64,000 nucleotides of DNA from an uncultured Deinococcaceae bacterium (GCA_964252075.1 CAXULY010000008.1:96001-160000), one strand, 5' to 3'. Shown: positions 31,082 to 42,143, counted from the stretch's first letter. The notes: generated by a model from the letters alone, not told the origin. Numbers and translations are program-made.

Positions 31082-31903
31082 TCAGTCCCCCAGGCTGCTG
31101 CTGCCCCCCACGCCCGGCAGCGCCGAACCCGGCACGATCTGCACCTCCGACAGGGTCGGCCACAGCTTCCCCGTGACGTACAGGCGCTGACTCACGGCGT
31201 TGAACGCGATGCCGTTCAGCACCCCATTGCTGTCCGTCACGCCCGCCTGACGCGCCGCCTGCACGAGGGGCCGCGCGTCAATCCAGGCGGTCACCTGCCC
31301 GCTGCGCGGGTCAATGCGCGCGATCCAGTCCGAGTACCACACGTTCGCATACAGCTGCCCGTTCATGAACTCCAGCTCGTTGATGCGCGTGAGGGGCCGC
31401 CCGCGGTCCCGCACCGCCAGCGTTCCCGTGACCTTCAGGGTGGTGGGGTCGAGGAACCGCAGCTGGTCCGTGCCGTCACTCATGATGAGACGACCGCCGT
31501 CCGTGGTGAGACCCCAGCCTTCATTCGGGTACGTGAAGGTCCCCAGCGGCTTGAAGGTCTGCTCGTCGTACACGAAGCCCACCTTCGTCTGCCACGTCAG
31601 CTGGTACAGGCGGCCCTTCAGCGCCGTGAGACCCTCCCCGAAGTACTGCGCGCCCAGCCGCACGCGGCGCGTCACGCGGCCCGTCGCGAGGTCCACCTGC
31701 CTCAACTCGGACGCGCCGTTCAGGCCGACGCTCTCGTACAGGCCGCCGTCACTGAAGGTCAGGCCCTCCGTGAAGGCCCCCTGGTCGTGCGGTGTCTGCG
31801 CCACCACCCGCAAAGCCAGCGCCTGCGGCTTCACGGGGTCCGCCGACTGCGCGCACGCGCTCACGCTGGCGAGCGCCAGCCACCACACTCCACGCCTCAT
31901 CAC
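31082..31903 (-). CDS. Glutaminyl-peptide cyclotransferase (plant/bacterial type), lipoprotein-like signal
   Basis: PHDQGAFTEGL, YFGEGL, YQLTWQ, EGWGLT, MSDGT, INELE, VLNGIA, VTGKLWP. Confidence 0.93.
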   Translation of the reverse strand: MMRRGVWWLALASVSACAQSADPVKPQALALRVVAQTPHDQGAFTEGLTFSDGGLYESVGLNGASELRQVDLATGRVTRRVRLGAQYFGEGLTALKGRLYQLTWQTKVGFVYDEQTFKPLGTFTYPNEGWGLTTDGGRLIMSDGTDQLRFLDPTTLKVTGTLAVRDRGRPLTRINELEFMNGQLYANVWYSDWIARIDPRSGQVTAWIDARPLVQAARQAGVTDSNGVLNGIAFNAVSQRLYVTGKLWPTLSEVQIVPGSALPGVGGSSSLGD

Positions 31904-31943
31904 CCCATCACTATAGGGGCGGCGTCTGAAGGCCAGATGGCGC

Positions 31944-32333
31944 TTACTGCGCGGCGGGCCGCACGAAGGCCGCCGAGTCGTAGTACGTGCGGAAGGCCGT
32001 CACGCGCCCCCCCTTCACCTCGATGAGGCTCACGCCGCGGTAGCGGATGTCGCCGCCGTCCTTGAGCTGCCCGGTCGCCTCCCACTCCATCACGCCCGTG
32101 TCCTCACTGGACGTGGAGTGACTGAACTCCGAACGGATGGACGCAAAGTTGTTCAGGTACCGCTGCCAGAAGTCGCGCGCGCCGTCCACCCCCCGGTACA
32201 CCTCCTCCGTGAGGTTCTGGCTGCTGCTGTCGTCGGCGTACAGGGCGACCAGGGGCGCGGGGTCGCCGCTCTGCTCGGCCTGCTGGAGTGCGTCCATGAA
32301 CTGCCTCGTGGTGTCCTGCGTGGTGTCCGCCAT
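31944..32333 (-). CDS. NTF2/SnoaL-like protein
   Basis: 129 aa; LVALYADD, GARDFWQRY, MEW, FRTYYDSAAF. Confidence 0.85.
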   Translation of the reverse strand: MADTTQDTTRQFMDALQQAEQSGDPAPLVALYADDSSSQNLTEEVYRGVDGARDFWQRYLNNFASIRSEFSHSTSSEDTGVMEWEATGQLKDGGDIRYRGVSLIEVKGGRVTAFRTYYDSAAFVRPAAQ

Positions 32334-32379
32334 GCCTTCACATGAGCACGCGCGCCTTCAGGTGGGCTGAGCGCAAGGT

Positions 32380-33495
32380 TCAGGCGGGTTCAGGGGCGCT
32401 CGCGAGCGCCCGCCGCGCCGCCGCGCCCACCTCCGCCTGCGGGTCGCGCGTCAGGCGGTCCAGGGGCGCCGGTTCCCCCCAGCGGCCCCACGCCCACGCC
32501 GCCGCCTCCCGCACCTCCCACGCGGCGTCCATGCTCGCCGCCTCCAGCACCGCGCGCCCCGCGCCGCCCGGGTCGTTCCCGACGACCGTCACGGCGTTGC
32601 GCGCCATGCCCTTGCGCCGCGCGCGCAGGAACGCCGTGCCCGCGAAGCGCCGCTCGAAGGCCCGCTCGCTCACCCCGAAGAACCCCAGCAGGTCCGGGTG
32701 CGCCAGTTCCGGGTCGGGCGTGAGGGTGCGCGCCACCGCGCCCGCCTTCACGCTCCACGGGCACACCTCCAGGCACCCGTCACACCCGAACAGCCAGTCC
32801 CCGATGCCGGGCCGCAGGTCCCAGTCGGTCGGCCCCCGGTGCTCGATCGTCAGGTACGACACGCAGCGCCGCGCGTCAATCGCGCGGTCCGCCCCGATGG
32901 CGCCCGTCGGGCAGGCCGTCACGCACGCCGAGCAGCGCCCGCAGCGGTCCGGGTGGAGGGGGGACGGCTCGCCCTCGAACGGCAGGTCTGTCAGGAGCGC
33001 CGCGAGCGTCACGAAGGCCCCCAGCCGCTGGCTGACCAGCATGCCCGACCGGCCACGCCACCCCAGGAACGCCCGACCGGCCAGCTCACGCTCCATCACG
33101 GGCGCGTGATCCACCGTGCCGCGCGCCCGCAGCCCCAGCGCGCGCGCCTCGCCCTCCAGCCGCTCCAGGAGCGGCTGAAGCTGGTCATGGTAGTCGGGCG
33201 TCCAGGCGTAGCGCGCCACCCGGCCCAGCCGCAGCCCACCCGTGGGCGCCGCCACCTCCCCGAAGGCGTGCGACACCCCCAGCACCAGGACGCTGCGCGC
33301 GCCCTCCAGGCTGCTCCCGAGGTCCGCGCGGCGCGGCAGCTGACGCTCCAGGTACGCCATGCCCGCCTGCCGCCCCGCCGCCAGCCAGCGCGCGTACTCC
33401 TGCACCGCGCCCGGCGTGACGGTCGCGCTCGTCCAGCCCGCCACGTCGAAACCCAGCTCCAGGGCCAGGGCGGTCAGGGTCTCGCGGGCGTCCAT
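32380..33495 (-). CDS. queG: Epoxyqueuosine reductase QueG
   Basis: VARYAWTPDYH, VMERELA, CGRCSACVTACPTGAI, RCVSYLTIE, FGCDGCLEVCPW, HEAT-like tail. Confidence 0.93.
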   Translation of the reverse strand: MDARETLTALALELGFDVAGWTSATVTPGAVQEYARWLAAGRQAGMAYLERQLPRRADLGSSLEGARSVLVLGVSHAFGEVAAPTGGLRLGRVARYAWTPDYHDQLQPLLERLEGEARALGLRARGTVDHAPVMERELAGRAFLGWRGRSGMLVSQRLGAFVTLAALLTDLPFEGEPSPLHPDRCGRCSACVTACPTGAIGADRAIDARRCVSYLTIEHRGPTDWDLRPGIGDWLFGCDGCLEVCPWSVKAGAVARTLTPDPELAHPDLLGFFGVSERAFERRFAGTAFLRARRKGMARNAVTVVGNDPGGAGRAVLEAASMDAAWEVREAAAWAWGRWGEPAPLDRLTRDPQAEVGAAARRALASAPEPA

Positions 33496-33541
33496 CAGGA
33501 GCGAGTATGGCGCGGGCGGGCGGCGGAGAAGGTGGCGGGCG

Positions 33542-34219
33542 TCAGGGCGCGCGGAGCGTCTGGCCGCCCCTGAAGGTCACGATCACGCCGGTGCGGCTCG
33601 GGTCGCGCCGGTCCACCGTGCAGAACAGCGCGTCCGCCGGGGGGCGCACCTCAAAGCGGCCCGCACCCAGGCTGCAGTCATCGGGCCGCAGTTCGCCCAT
33701 GGCGTCCGCCGCGGCCACAGCGCGGTACACCTCGCTGAGGTACAGGCCGTGCGTGCGGACCAGCGCGCGGTTCCGGGCGTTCAGCAGGTTGGGGATCAGC
33801 ACCGCCGCGAGGATCCCCGTGAGGGCGATCCTGCCGAAGAGGCCGAGGGCGCCGTGCCCGCCGATGAGCCCCCAGTGCAACCCGTCCGTGATGGGCGAGG
33901 CGGTGCGCCCCCGGCCGTACAGCCGCCGGTAGGTCTGCCGGTACTGCACGAGCATGAGGACGAAGGCGGCCAGCGAGACCAGAGCGACGACCAGCGCAGC
34001 GCCCGAAAGCGACGCCGGGGACTGACCAGCCGCCACCGCAAGCAGCAGGGTGCCCGCGACCCAGCCCACCACGGACAGGCCCAGCCAGATGAAGTGCCAG
34101 CTGAGCGCCCCAAGGTACGTGAAGCCCGAGCCGACCAGCAGCCAGTTCAGGAAGAACCCCAGCCAGTAGTTGGGCGCTTTGGTCGCGGCGGGCCGAACAG
34201 CTTCCGGGCTCACGGTCAT
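33542..34219 (-). CDS. Membrane protein with internal type IV pilin-like domain
   Basis: About 3 N-terminal TM segments, then GILAAVLIPNLLNARNRA and a two-Cys C-terminal domain. Confidence 0.7.
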   Translation of the reverse strand: MTVSPEAVRPAATKAPNYWLGFFLNWLLVGSGFTYLGALSWHFIWLGLSVVGWVAGTLLLAVAAGQSPASLSGAALVVALVSLAAFVLMLVQYRQTYRRLYGRGRTASPITDGLHWGLIGGHGALGLFGRIALTGILAAVLIPNLLNARNRALVRTHGLYLSEVYRAVAAADAMGELRPDDCSLGAGRFEVRPPADALFCTVDRRDPSRTGVIVTFRGGQTLRAP

Positions 34220-34320
34220 GCCTGAAGGGCATATGAGGGTCGGCCCGTGCCCGGCCAAGAATCTGCGGGCAAGAGGGCGGGACCGGACATCGGTGCGGTC
34301 CCGCCTACGCCCACGCTCCG

Positions 34321-34983
34321 TTACCTGCTGGCGGCGCCCTCGTCCATGAACCACACGGGGTCCGCGACGCGCGCCACGGGGTACTCACCTTCACCCGCCT
34401 CAAGGTGCGCCAGCACCTCCCGCTTGTTCGCGCCTGTCACGAGCAGCCAGCGCTCGCGCGCCGCATTGATCTCCGGGAAGGTGAAACTCAGGCGCCACGC
34501 GCTGAGTTTCGGCACCCAGTTCGCGATCACGCGCCCGTCCGCGCTGAGGCCATCACTGCCGGGGAAGAGGCTCGCGGTGTGCCCGTCGTCCCCCATGCCG
34601 AGCAGCACCACATCCAGCTGGCCCGGGAGGTCGCGGCTGCCGCGCACCGCCGCCTCGTGCGGGTCGAGTTCACCTTCCAGACGGTGAATCTGCGGGCCGG
34701 GAATGGGCACGGCGTTCAGCAGTTCGTCGTACGCGAGTTTGAAGTTGCTGTCCGCGCTGGTGGGGGGCACGCAGCGCTCGTCGCTGAAGTACACGTGCAC
34801 GGCGTCCCACGGCACGCCGCCCACGTCGCGCAGCGCGCGGTACATGAGTTTCGGGGTGCTGCCGCCGGAGAGCGCCACGTGGAAGGCGCCGCGCGCGTCC
34901 ACCGCCGCCCGGGCGGCCTCCGCGAAAGCCTGCGCGGCGTCCTGCCCGACCGCCTCCGGGGTGGGGGAGACGCGCGTCCTCAC
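34321..34983 (-). CDS. pgl: 6-phosphogluconolactonase
   Basis: [16 protein letters not shown]...[17 protein letters not shown]. Confidence 0.95.
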   Translation of the reverse strand: MRTRVSPTPEAVGQDAAQAFAEAARAAVDARGAFHVALSGGSTPKLMYRALRDVGGVPWDAVHVYFSDERCVPPTSADSNFKLAYDELLNAVPIPGPQIHRLEGELDPHEAAVRGSRDLPGQLDVVLLGMGDDGHTASLFPGSDGLSADGRVIANWVPKLSAWRLSFTFPEINAARERWLLVTGANKREVLAHLEAGEGEYPVARVADPVWFMDEGAASR

Positions 34984-35933
34984 CGCGCGCCGTCCACGCT
35001 GGTGCGGGCGAGCGCGAGCGCGCGCTCGAAGTCGTTCGCGCGGTCCGGGCGCGCCATGACGCGCTCCAGGCCCTGCCCGAGCGTCATGGCGGGCACCATG
35101 ATCTCGCCCTCGAAGTGGCTGCCGTCGTGCTCCCGCACCCAGTGCGCGGCGTCGCCGTCGCTGGCGGCCACCTCGAAGTGCACGCCGTCGCCGGACAGCG
35201 CGACGCGCGTCAGGTCGCCGGGCTCACGCGCGGGCGACGGCCGCGCCATGATCTGCACGCGGCTGAGGTCCGGCCAGCCCAGGTGCACGGCGATCCACGC
35301 GCCGTACAGGCGCGCGGGCAGGTCGCTGCCACCGCCGTACCCGACCGACACGCTCTTCACCTGCCCGAGCTGCGCCGCGGCGTCCGGGCTGTCGAAGAGC
35401 TGCGCGAGCGCCTCGCGCCACGTCGCGGTGCGCGCCCACCCCAGGTCCGCGAGGGCGTAGCGGGAGTCGGCGGGGATGCGCAGCGTCAGGGTGTCCCCAA
35501 TCACCTGATCCGCGAGTTCCGCGAGTTCGTCCAGCAGCGGGCCGGTGGGCGCGTCGTCGCTCGCCCACCACACGTGGTTCAGGGTGGCGGGCCGCAGGAG
35601 CGGCAGGATCGCGCCCTGCAGCTGCTCCGGGTTCGCGTCCAGGATGAGCCGCTCGATGTACAGGCTGCGCTGCGGCACGAGGCTCACGTTGAGTTTCACG
35701 TTCTCGTCGCCGTCCATCACGCCGATGATCTGACGGCCCGCGTAGCGGCCCTCCAGGCTCGCGAGCGCTTCCTCCACCCGCGCGAGGTGCCGCTGCACCG
35801 TCAGCGCGATGATGTTGCCGGTGTAGGCGCGCGTCTCCACCTGCGTCTGGTTCCACAGGTCGTCGAGCGTCTGCTGGGCGTGACGCACGTCCGTCTGGAC
35901 GGGCCCCAGCACGCGCGGAGCAGTGGTCGTCAC
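34980..35933 (-). CDS. opcA: Glucose-6-phosphate dehydrogenase assembly protein OpcA
   Basis: Between zwf and pgl; ILPLL...[22 protein letters not shown]. Confidence 0.88.
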   Translation of the reverse strand: MTTTAPRVLGPVQTDVRHAQQTLDDLWNQTQVETRAYTGNIIALTVQRHLARVEEALASLEGRYAGRQIIGVMDGDENVKLNVSLVPQRSLYIERLILDANPEQLQGAILPLLRPATLNHVWWASDDAPTGPLLDELAELADQVIGDTLTLRIPADSRYALADLGWARTATWREALAQLFDSPDAAAQLGQVKSVSVGYGGGSDLPARLYGAWIAVHLGWPDLSRVQIMARPSPAREPGDLTRVALSGDGVHFEVAASDGDAAHWVREHDGSHFEGEIMVPAMTLGQGLERVMARPDRANDFERALALARTSVDGAR

Positions 35934-37450
35934 AGGTGCCTCCAGCGTCGGTCCGGGCCGATCAGTTCATCGGCGGCGTCCGGACCCCAGGTGCCCGCCG
36001 CGTAGTTCGGGAGGTTCGGGTCGGGGTTCTGCCAGGCCTCCAGAATGCCGGACACCAGCTTCCAGGCCTGCTCCACCTCGTCCTCGCGGGGGAAGAGCGT
36101 CGCGTCGCCGATCATGGCGTCCAGCAGCAGGCGCGAGTACGGCGCTTCCAGCTGCGCGCCGAACGCGTCGTAGCGGAAGTCCATCACGACCTCGCGCAGC
36201 ACGTTCTCCTGCCCGGGCGTCTTGCTGGAAAACTTCAGGCTCACGCCCTCGTCCGGCTGGATGCGGAAGGCCAGCACGTTGCGCTCGGACTGCCCTGGGA
36301 ACAGGTCGAGCGGCGGGCGCTTGAACACCACCGCGATCTCCGTGACCTTCTTCGGGAGGCGCTTGCCGCTGCGCAGGAAGAACGGCACGCCCTTCCAGCG
36401 CCAGTTGTCCACCTCCAGCTTGATCGCCACGAAGGTCGCGGTCATGCTCTCCGGCGCGACCTTCTCCTCCTCGCGGTACCCCACCACGCGCTCGCCATAC
36501 AGGGTGCCGGGCGCGTACTGCCCGCGCACCACCACCTCCGCCACGCGCTCCGCGGGGATGGGGCGCGTGGCGCGCAGCACCTTCACCTTCTCGTCGCGGA
36601 TGGCGTCCGCGTCGAAGGCCACGGGGGGCTCCATGGCGGTCAGCGTGAACAGCTGCATCAGGTGGTTCTGCAGCATGTCGCGCAGCACGCCCGCCTCCTC
36701 GTAGTACCCGCCGCGCCCCTCCATGCCGAGGTCCTCGGCGGCGGTGATCTGCACGTGCTCCACGTAACTGCGGTTCCAGATCGGCTCGAAGATCAGGTTC
36801 CCGAAGCGGATCGCCATGATGTTCTGGACGGTCTCCTTGCCCAGGTAATGGTCAATGCGGTAGACCTGATGCTCCTGCCACACGCCGTGAATCGCGGCGT
36901 TCAGGGACTGCGCGGTGGCGAGGTCATGCCCGAAAGGTTTCTCGATGATGAGGCGGCGCCAGCCGTCCGTCTCGTCCGACAGGCCCTGGCGACCCAGGCC
37001 CGCCGAGATCGGCTCGAAGAGGCTGGGGGGCGTGGAGAGGTAGAACAGCGCGTTCTTGCGCCCGCCGTGCGCGTTCTCCGCCTCGTCCAGGCGCGTGCTG
37101 ACTTCCGCGTACACGTCGTCCCCCGCGAAATCCCCGTAGCTGTAGTACAGCAGCGCCGTGAATTTCTCCAGGTTGCCCTCGCGAATCTCGTCGGTTTCCT
37201 TGCTGCTCTGCAGGGCGTCCGCGACGAACTTCTTGAAGTCCTCGTCGCTCATGGGCTGGCGCCCCACCCCCACGATGTTGAAGGCCTGACCGACCAGCCC
37301 GTCCTGCCACAACCCGAACACGGCGGGCAGCAGCTTGCGTTTCGCGAGGTCGCCCGTCACGCCGAAAATCACGAGCGTGGCGGGCTCGGGCGCGCGCGTG
37401 CGGCGCATGCCGGTCCGGAAGGGATTGGTGATCTCCGTGGTCTGCGTCAT
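35930..37450 (-). CDS. zwf: Glucose-6-phosphate 1-dehydrogenase
   Basis: [54 protein letters not shown] 37450 overlaps the gnd stop. Confidence 0.97.
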   Translation of the reverse strand: MTQTTEITNPFRTGMRRTRAPEPATLVIFGVTGDLAKRKLLPAVFGLWQDGLVGQAFNIVGVGRQPMSDEDFKKFVADALQSSKETDEIREGNLEKFTALLYYSYGDFAGDDVYAEVSTRLDEAENAHGGRKNALFYLSTPPSLFEPISAGLGRQGLSDETDGWRRLIIEKPFGHDLATAQSLNAAIHGVWQEHQVYRIDHYLGKETVQNIMAIRFGNLIFEPIWNRSYVEHVQITAAEDLGMEGRGGYYEEAGVLRDMLQNHLMQLFTLTAMEPPVAFDADAIRDEKVKVLRATRPIPAERVAEVVVRGQYAPGTLYGERVVGYREEEKVAPESMTATFVAIKLEVDNWRWKGVPFFLRSGKRLPKKVTEIAVVFKRPPLDLFPGQSERNVLAFRIQPDEGVSLKFSSKTPGQENVLREVVMDFRYDAFGAQLEAPYSRLLLDAMIGDATLFPREDEVEQAWKLVSGILEAWQNPDPNLPNYAAGTWGPDAADELIGPDRRWRHL

Positions 37451-38439
37451 TTCTGTCCCTTCGCCACTTCGGCCGGGGTGGGCTGGTCGCCCGCCTTGAG
37501 TTTCGGTTCCTCGGACACCACGGCGGCCTGCTCGATCTTGCGGACGGGGTGCCCGCCGAACGCGCGGCGCATCGCGCTGATCAGCTGCCCAGCGTAACTG
37601 AGTTCCTGCTGGCTGCGCAGGCGCATCGCGACGCTCTCGTAGATCACGGGCGTGGGGATGCCCTGCTCCAGGCCGTCCTGCACCGTCCAGCGGCCCTCGC
37701 CGCTGTCCGAGATGTAATCCGAGAGCTCCGAGAAGTCCTTGTCGCCCGCGAGCGCCTCCGCCGTGAGGTCCAGCAGCCACGAGCGCACCACGCTGCCGTG
37801 CCGCCACATCTCCGTGATCTGCGCCATGTCCAGGCCGAACTCCGTGCGGGCGTGCATGAGTTCCAGGCCCTCCGCGTACGCCTGCATCATGCCGTACTCA
37901 ATGCCGTTGTGGATCATCTTCACGTAGTGGCCGCTGCCGGACGGCCCCACGCGGCCCCACCCGCGGTCCGGCGCGGGCGCGAGCGCCTCGAACACCGGGC
38001 GCAGGGTCTCCACGGCGTCCTCGGCGCCGCCCACCATCATGCAGTACCCCTCGTTCAGGCCCCAGATGCCGCCCGAGGTGCCCACGTCCACGAAGTGCAG
38101 GCCGCGCTCCCCGAGCGTCGCGGCGCGCCGCAGGCTGTCCTTGTAGTAGCTGTTCCCGCCGTCAATGATGATGTCGCCCGGCTGCATGAGGTCCGCGAGG
38201 CCCATGATGGTGCTCTCGGTGGGGGCGCCCGCGGGCACCATGACCCACACGGCGCGCGGGCCGTCCCCGAGTTTCTGCACCAGATCACTGAGGGTGATGG
38301 CGCCCTCGGCGCCCTGATCCACCACGTGCTGCACGTTCTCCGGATGTAGGTCGTACCCGACCACGTCCACCCCGGCGCGCGACAGTCGCGTCACCATGTT
38401 GCCGCCCATGCGTCCCAGGCCGATCATTCCGAGTCTCAT
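37447..38439 (-). CDS. gnd: Decarboxylating 6-phosphogluconate dehydrogenase (short, GntZ/YqeC type)
   Basis: [51 protein letters not shown]. Confidence 0.95.
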   Translation of the reverse strand: MRLGMIGLGRMGGNMVTRLSRAGVDVVGYDLHPENVQHVVDQGAEGAITLSDLVQKLGDGPRAVWVMVPAGAPTESTIMGLADLMQPGDIIIDGGNSYYKDSLRRAATLGERGLHFVDVGTSGGIWGLNEGYCMMVGGAEDAVETLRPVFEALAPAPDRGWGRVGPSGSGHYVKMIHNGIEYGMMQAYAEGLELMHARTEFGLDMAQITEMWRHGSVVRSWLLDLTAEALAGDKDFSELSDYISDSGEGRWTVQDGLEQGIPTPVIYESVAMRLRSQQELSYAGQLISAMRRAFGGHPVRKIEQAAVVSEEPKLKAGDQPTPAEVAKGQK

Positions 38440-38514
38440 GTGGCTCAGCATAAACCGGGATTCCCGTGCGCTCCGTGTCACCGCGGCCAGGACGCCTAAA
38501 GCAAAACTTGGGGA

Positions 38515-39195
38515 TCAGCCGTCCAGCGGCGCCATCGCCACCCGCACCAGGTACGCCTCGCCGTCCGGCCGCTCGCGCGCCCGGTACCGGGCGCCGAGCG
38601 TGCCCAGCTCGCGTTGCAGCGCCTTGGCGTCCTCGCGGCCCAGAGACAAGGTGAAGCCGCCATACCACACGGGCGGCGCCTGCGGGGTCAGCAGCGCGTC
38701 GAAGAAAGCGCGCGGCGCCGCCGGGTCCGGGGTGGGCACCACGTTCGTGAACACGTCCCCTTCCGCCGTGCGGTACACGTGAATGCCCCAGTCGTCCGCG
38801 CCGCCGCCCGCCGTCATCCACGCGCGGCCCACCTGCGCGTCCAGCAGCACGCGCGACCCCTCCGCCACCCGCGCCGTCAGCTGCTCCGGTGAGTCCAGGC
38901 CAGTCAGCGCGAAGGGCGTGAAGAAGCCGTCCGCGACGGCGCGGTAATGCCGCACCGCGCGGCCCGCGCGCGGCGACTCCCGCGTGACTTCCAGAAGCCC
39001 CAGCCGCACCAGCCGCCGCACCTGATACAGCATGCGGTGCGCGCTCACCTCAAGTTCGCGCGCCACCCCCGCCACCGTGCCCTCGCGCCCGATGAACGGC
39101 TCCAGGTACCGCAGCTTGCGCCGGTCCGCGATGGTCCTCGCGGCCTCGGGGTCCGTCACGGTCCGCCACCCCCTGTGTAAAGTCTGCTCCTGCAT
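38515..39195 (-). CDS. Winged-helix (ArsR-like) transcriptional regulator
   Basis: LEPFIGREGTVAGVARELEVSAHRMLYQVRRLVRLGLLEV...RAGRAVRHYRA; divergent from an MFS gene. Confidence 0.8.
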   Translation of the reverse strand: MQEQTLHRGWRTVTDPEAARTIADRRKLRYLEPFIGREGTVAGVARELEVSAHRMLYQVRRLVRLGLLEVTRESPRAGRAVRHYRAVADGFFTPFALTGLDSPEQLTARVAEGSRVLLDAQVGRAWMTAGGGADDWGIHVYRTAEGDVFTNVVPTPDPAAPRAFFDALLTPQAPPVWYGGFTLSLGREDAKALQRELGTLGARYRARERPDGEAYLVRVAMAPLDG

Positions 39196-39226
39196 TTTGA
39201 AGTAGGGTAACGCCCACGCTGAACCC

Positions 39227-40423
39227 ATGTTCGCCGTCCTGCGTCACCGCCCCTACGCGCGGCTGTGGCTGAGCACCCTGATCTCCACGCTCGGCGACTG
39301 GCTGCTCCTCGTGGCGCTGCCGCTCGCGGTGCTGGCGCTCAGCGGCTCCGCACTCGCCACGGGCCTCACGCTGCTCAGCGCCACGCTCCCGCAGGTGCTC
39401 CTCGCGCCGCTCGCAGGCGGCCTCGCGGACCGCCTGGATCGCCGCCACCTGATGATCACCTGCGACCTCCTGCGCGCCGCGCTGCTCCTCACCCTGCTGC
39501 TGGTGCACGACGCGCGGCACCTGTGGGTCATCTACGCCGTCACGGCCCTGGTGTCCGTCGCGCGGCAGGTCTTCGACCCCGCCGCACGCGCGCTGCTGCC
39601 CGAACTGCTGAACGGCACGCTGCTCGTGCGGGCGGGCGCGCTCATGTCCTTCGCGGGGGACGCGGTGCGGCTGATCGGCCCAGCGCTCGGCGGCCTGCTG
39701 TACGCCCTCAGCGGCCTGCGGCTGGTGGTGTGGCTGGACGCGCTGAGCTTCGTGGTTTCCGCCCTGCTCATCGCCGGGGTGCGCACCCCACCCTCCCACG
39801 CCCGCCCCTACGAGGCGACCGACTGGCGCGTCGTCTGGCGGCGCGTCCGGCGCGACCCCACCCTGCGCGTCCTGCTGGTGGCGGACGCGCTGTCCAGCAT
39901 CAAGGAAGGCGCCTACAACGTGCTTGGGGTGGTCTTCGTGGTGGAGGTGCTGCACGCCGGGGCCACCGGACGCGGCCTCATCGGGAGCGCTCAGGCGCTG
40001 GGTGGCCTGCTGGGCGGACTGCTGGTCGGTCACCACGGCGCGCGCTGGGGGGCGCGCTGGCCGATCGGCCTTGGGCTCATCGGGAACGGCGCGTGCCTGC
40101 TCGCGCTGTTCCTGCTGCAGAGCTACCCGGCGGCGCTCGCGCTGTCCGCGCTGTGCGGTCTGCCCGTCATGGCCGCAGGCATCATGCTGACCGCCACCGT
40201 GCAGCGCAGCGCGCCCACCAGGGTGCTGGGCCGCATCTTCGGCGTGTTCGGCGCGGTGGGCGGCCTGCTGCTGCTGCTGAGCCAGGGGGCCGCCGCGCTG
40301 CTCGGGGACCACGTGAGCGTGGTGCTGCTGCTGTCCGTCAGCGCGGGCTTCGAGGTCCTCGCGGGTGTGCTGGTCCTGGTGGCGCTCCGCACGCGACGCC
40401 GCCACGCACCCACACCCCACTGA
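39227..40423 (+). CDS. MFS transporter (DHA3/macrolide-efflux-like)
   Basis: ARLWLSTLISTLGDW, GGLADRLDRRHLMI motif A, about 12 TM segments. Confidence 0.92.
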   Translation: MFAVLRHRPYARLWLSTLISTLGDWLLLVALPLAVLALSGSALATGLTLLSATLPQVLLAPLAGGLADRLDRRHLMITCDLLRAALLLTLLLVHDARHLWVIYAVTALVSVARQVFDPAARALLPELLNGTLLVRAGALMSFAGDAVRLIGPALGGLLYALSGLRLVVWLDALSFVVSALLIAGVRTPPSHARPYEATDWRVVWRRVRRDPTLRVLLVADALSSIKEGAYNVLGVVFVVEVLHAGATGRGLIGSAQALGGLLGGLLVGHHGARWGARWPIGLGLIGNGACLLALFLLQSYPAALALSALCGLPVMAAGIMLTATVQRSAPTRVLGRIFGVFGAVGGLLLLLSQGAAALLGDHVSVVLLLSVSAGFEVLAGVLVLVALRTRRRHAPTPH

Positions 40424-40608
40424 CGTCAGGACCAGTTCAAAGGTGTGACCGTCCAGGTTCGCCCACCCCAGGGCGCTCGCCCTGCACCCCTGAGCGCTTC
40501 CACCGCGCCCATCAGGCCCCGGCACCGTGTGCGCCGCCACATCGAACGGCCCTTTAGGTGCAGCTTCGGTCCTCGAAGGGCCGCGCGGACGGCGCCCGCA
40601 ACGGGGCG

Positions 40609-41127
40609 CTAGCGTTTCTTCTTGCGCGCCTCCCGCTGCGCGCGCGCCATTTCACGCGAGGTGTTCTCGATCAGCTCCGCGCCCTGCCGGTCCACCTGGC
40701 GCTGCAACTCCACCAGCGTCTGCCCCATGGCGGCCTGCAGCACCCGCTCGATGGGCTTCTGAATCCAGCGGAAGCGCACGCGCGCCGTCGTCGTGAAGGT
40801 CACTTCCGTGCCGCCCGGCACGCTGCGGAACACCCAGCCCTGCGTGAGCTTCTCCACCGGCCCGAACGGCCGGACGCTCTCCCAGCCGCCGCGGTGCGGC
40901 GCCTGGTACTGCCCGTACCGCGCGGTGAACGACAGGCCCAGCAGCCGCGTGGGCAGCTTGAAGCGCGCCATGGTGCCGTTCCCGAGTTTCTCCTCGCCGA
41001 CGTAACTGGCGCGCTGGATGTTCGGGTCCCATTTCGCGCGGCGGTTGGGGTCCAGCACCAGCCGGAACAGCGCGTCGGCCCGCCCGCGAATCTGAATGGT
41101 CTGCTTAAGGGTGATGGTTTCGGACAT
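40609..41127 (-). CDS. SRPBCC/polyketide cyclase-like protein
   Basis: IQIRGRADALFRLVLDPNRRAKWD, GWVFRSVPGGTEVT. Confidence 0.82.
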   Translation of the reverse strand: MSETITLKQTIQIRGRADALFRLVLDPNRRAKWDPNIQRASYVGEEKLGNGTMARFKLPTRLLGLSFTARYGQYQAPHRGGWESVRPFGPVEKLTQGWVFRSVPGGTEVTFTTTARVRFRWIQKPIERVLQAAMGQTLVELQRQVDRQGAELIENTSREMARAQREARKKKR

Positions 41128-41308
41128 TGGACCTCATCGTATAGCGGCGTGAGCGCCCCGTGCGGGGAGGGGTGTCCCGCGTGATCGCACACGCCCCGGA
41201 ATGCCGGCGCGCCCATGGCTGGGACGGGGTGGCGCGTCGCCCCAGGCCAGCGCTACGCAAGAACAGGCAGGGGCAGCGTGCCTGCGCACGCCGCCCCTGC
41301 CGCGCCGC

Positions 41309-42055
41309 TCACACCAGGTAATCGCGCGCGGGCGTGTGCGCCTGACGCACCGTGAAGTGCTCCGCGAACTTCACGCCCGCCATGCGCCCCACGCTCGCGC
41401 GGCCCTCCTGGAACTGCTCTTCCGTCCACTGCCACTTGTAGAAGTCGCGGTAGTACCGCGCGACGTCCGCCGCGACCTCGTGCGTGTCCGTGGTGTCCAC
41501 GAACACCTCCGCGTAGGGGCTCGCCGCGGAGAAGTACTGGTAGAACTTGATGGGTTCACGCCACGCGCTGAGGCGCCCGGCGTCCTCGCCGCTGTTGAGC
41601 GCCGCGTCCCCGCTCTCCGAGCCGGGCGGCGGCGGTGACGGCTGCTCGTTCACGATCTTCGGGATGCGCGCCAGCGTGATGGCGTCGAAGGCGATCTTCG
41701 CGGTCATGCGGTGGTCGGGGTGCGGGTGGTCGTCACTCCACGTGATGATCGCGTTCGGCTGGAAGCGCGTGTACAGCCGCGCGAGTTGCAGCGCCTCGGC
41801 GCGCCCGCCCGTGAGGCGCGAGTCGCCCATGTCGAAGAAGTGGTGCTGCGCGCCGATCTTGCCCGCCACCCACGCGCCGTGCTCTCGCCGCACGCGCGTG
41901 ACTTCCTCGTGCGTGGCGTCCCCGAACTGACTGGCGAGTTCACCGAGCGTCGTCCAGACGAGCATCACCTCGTCGCCGCGCCGCGCGTGCTTCGCGAGCG
42001 TCCCCATGCAGCCGATCTCGTCGTCCGGATGCGCAAACACCGCCATGATTCGCAT
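41309..42055 (-). CDS. PIG-L family deacetylase (BshB-like)
   Basis: FAHPDDE, TTLGE, HPHPDH; TACACT 6 nt before ATG. Confidence 0.9.
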   Translation of the reverse strand: MRIMAVFAHPDDEIGCMGTLAKHARRGDEVMLVWTTLGELASQFGDATHEEVTRVRREHGAWVAGKIGAQHHFFDMGDSRLTGGRAEALQLARLYTRFQPNAIITWSDDHPHPDHRMTAKIAFDAITLARIPKIVNEQPSPPPPGSESGDAALNSGEDAGRLSAWREPIKFYQYFSAASPYAEVFVDTTDTHEVAADVARYYRDFYKWQWTEEQFQEGRASVGRMAGVKFAEHFTVRQAHTPARDYLV

Positions 42056-42143
42056 GCGGGGAGTGTAACAGCGTGCGTCCGGGCCGTTGAGGGATGGTTC
42101 CTTAATCGCGCGGGTGGCGCGCTTCGCCTACAATGCCTGAATT

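Noticed and set aside
35930..37807. 625-aa Zwf and other long N-terminal extensions in the ORF track (mraY, SDR, Gfo, rsmH, dppB/C)
   Set aside because: The extensions overlap upstream genes or promoters. Family motifs and RBS or -10 positions support the shorter starts reported above.
40424..40545. Minus-strand GWANLDGHTFELVLTS resembling a VOC C-terminus (DPDGH..E)
   Set aside because: Too short, with no upstream VOC motifs; cannot be told from chance
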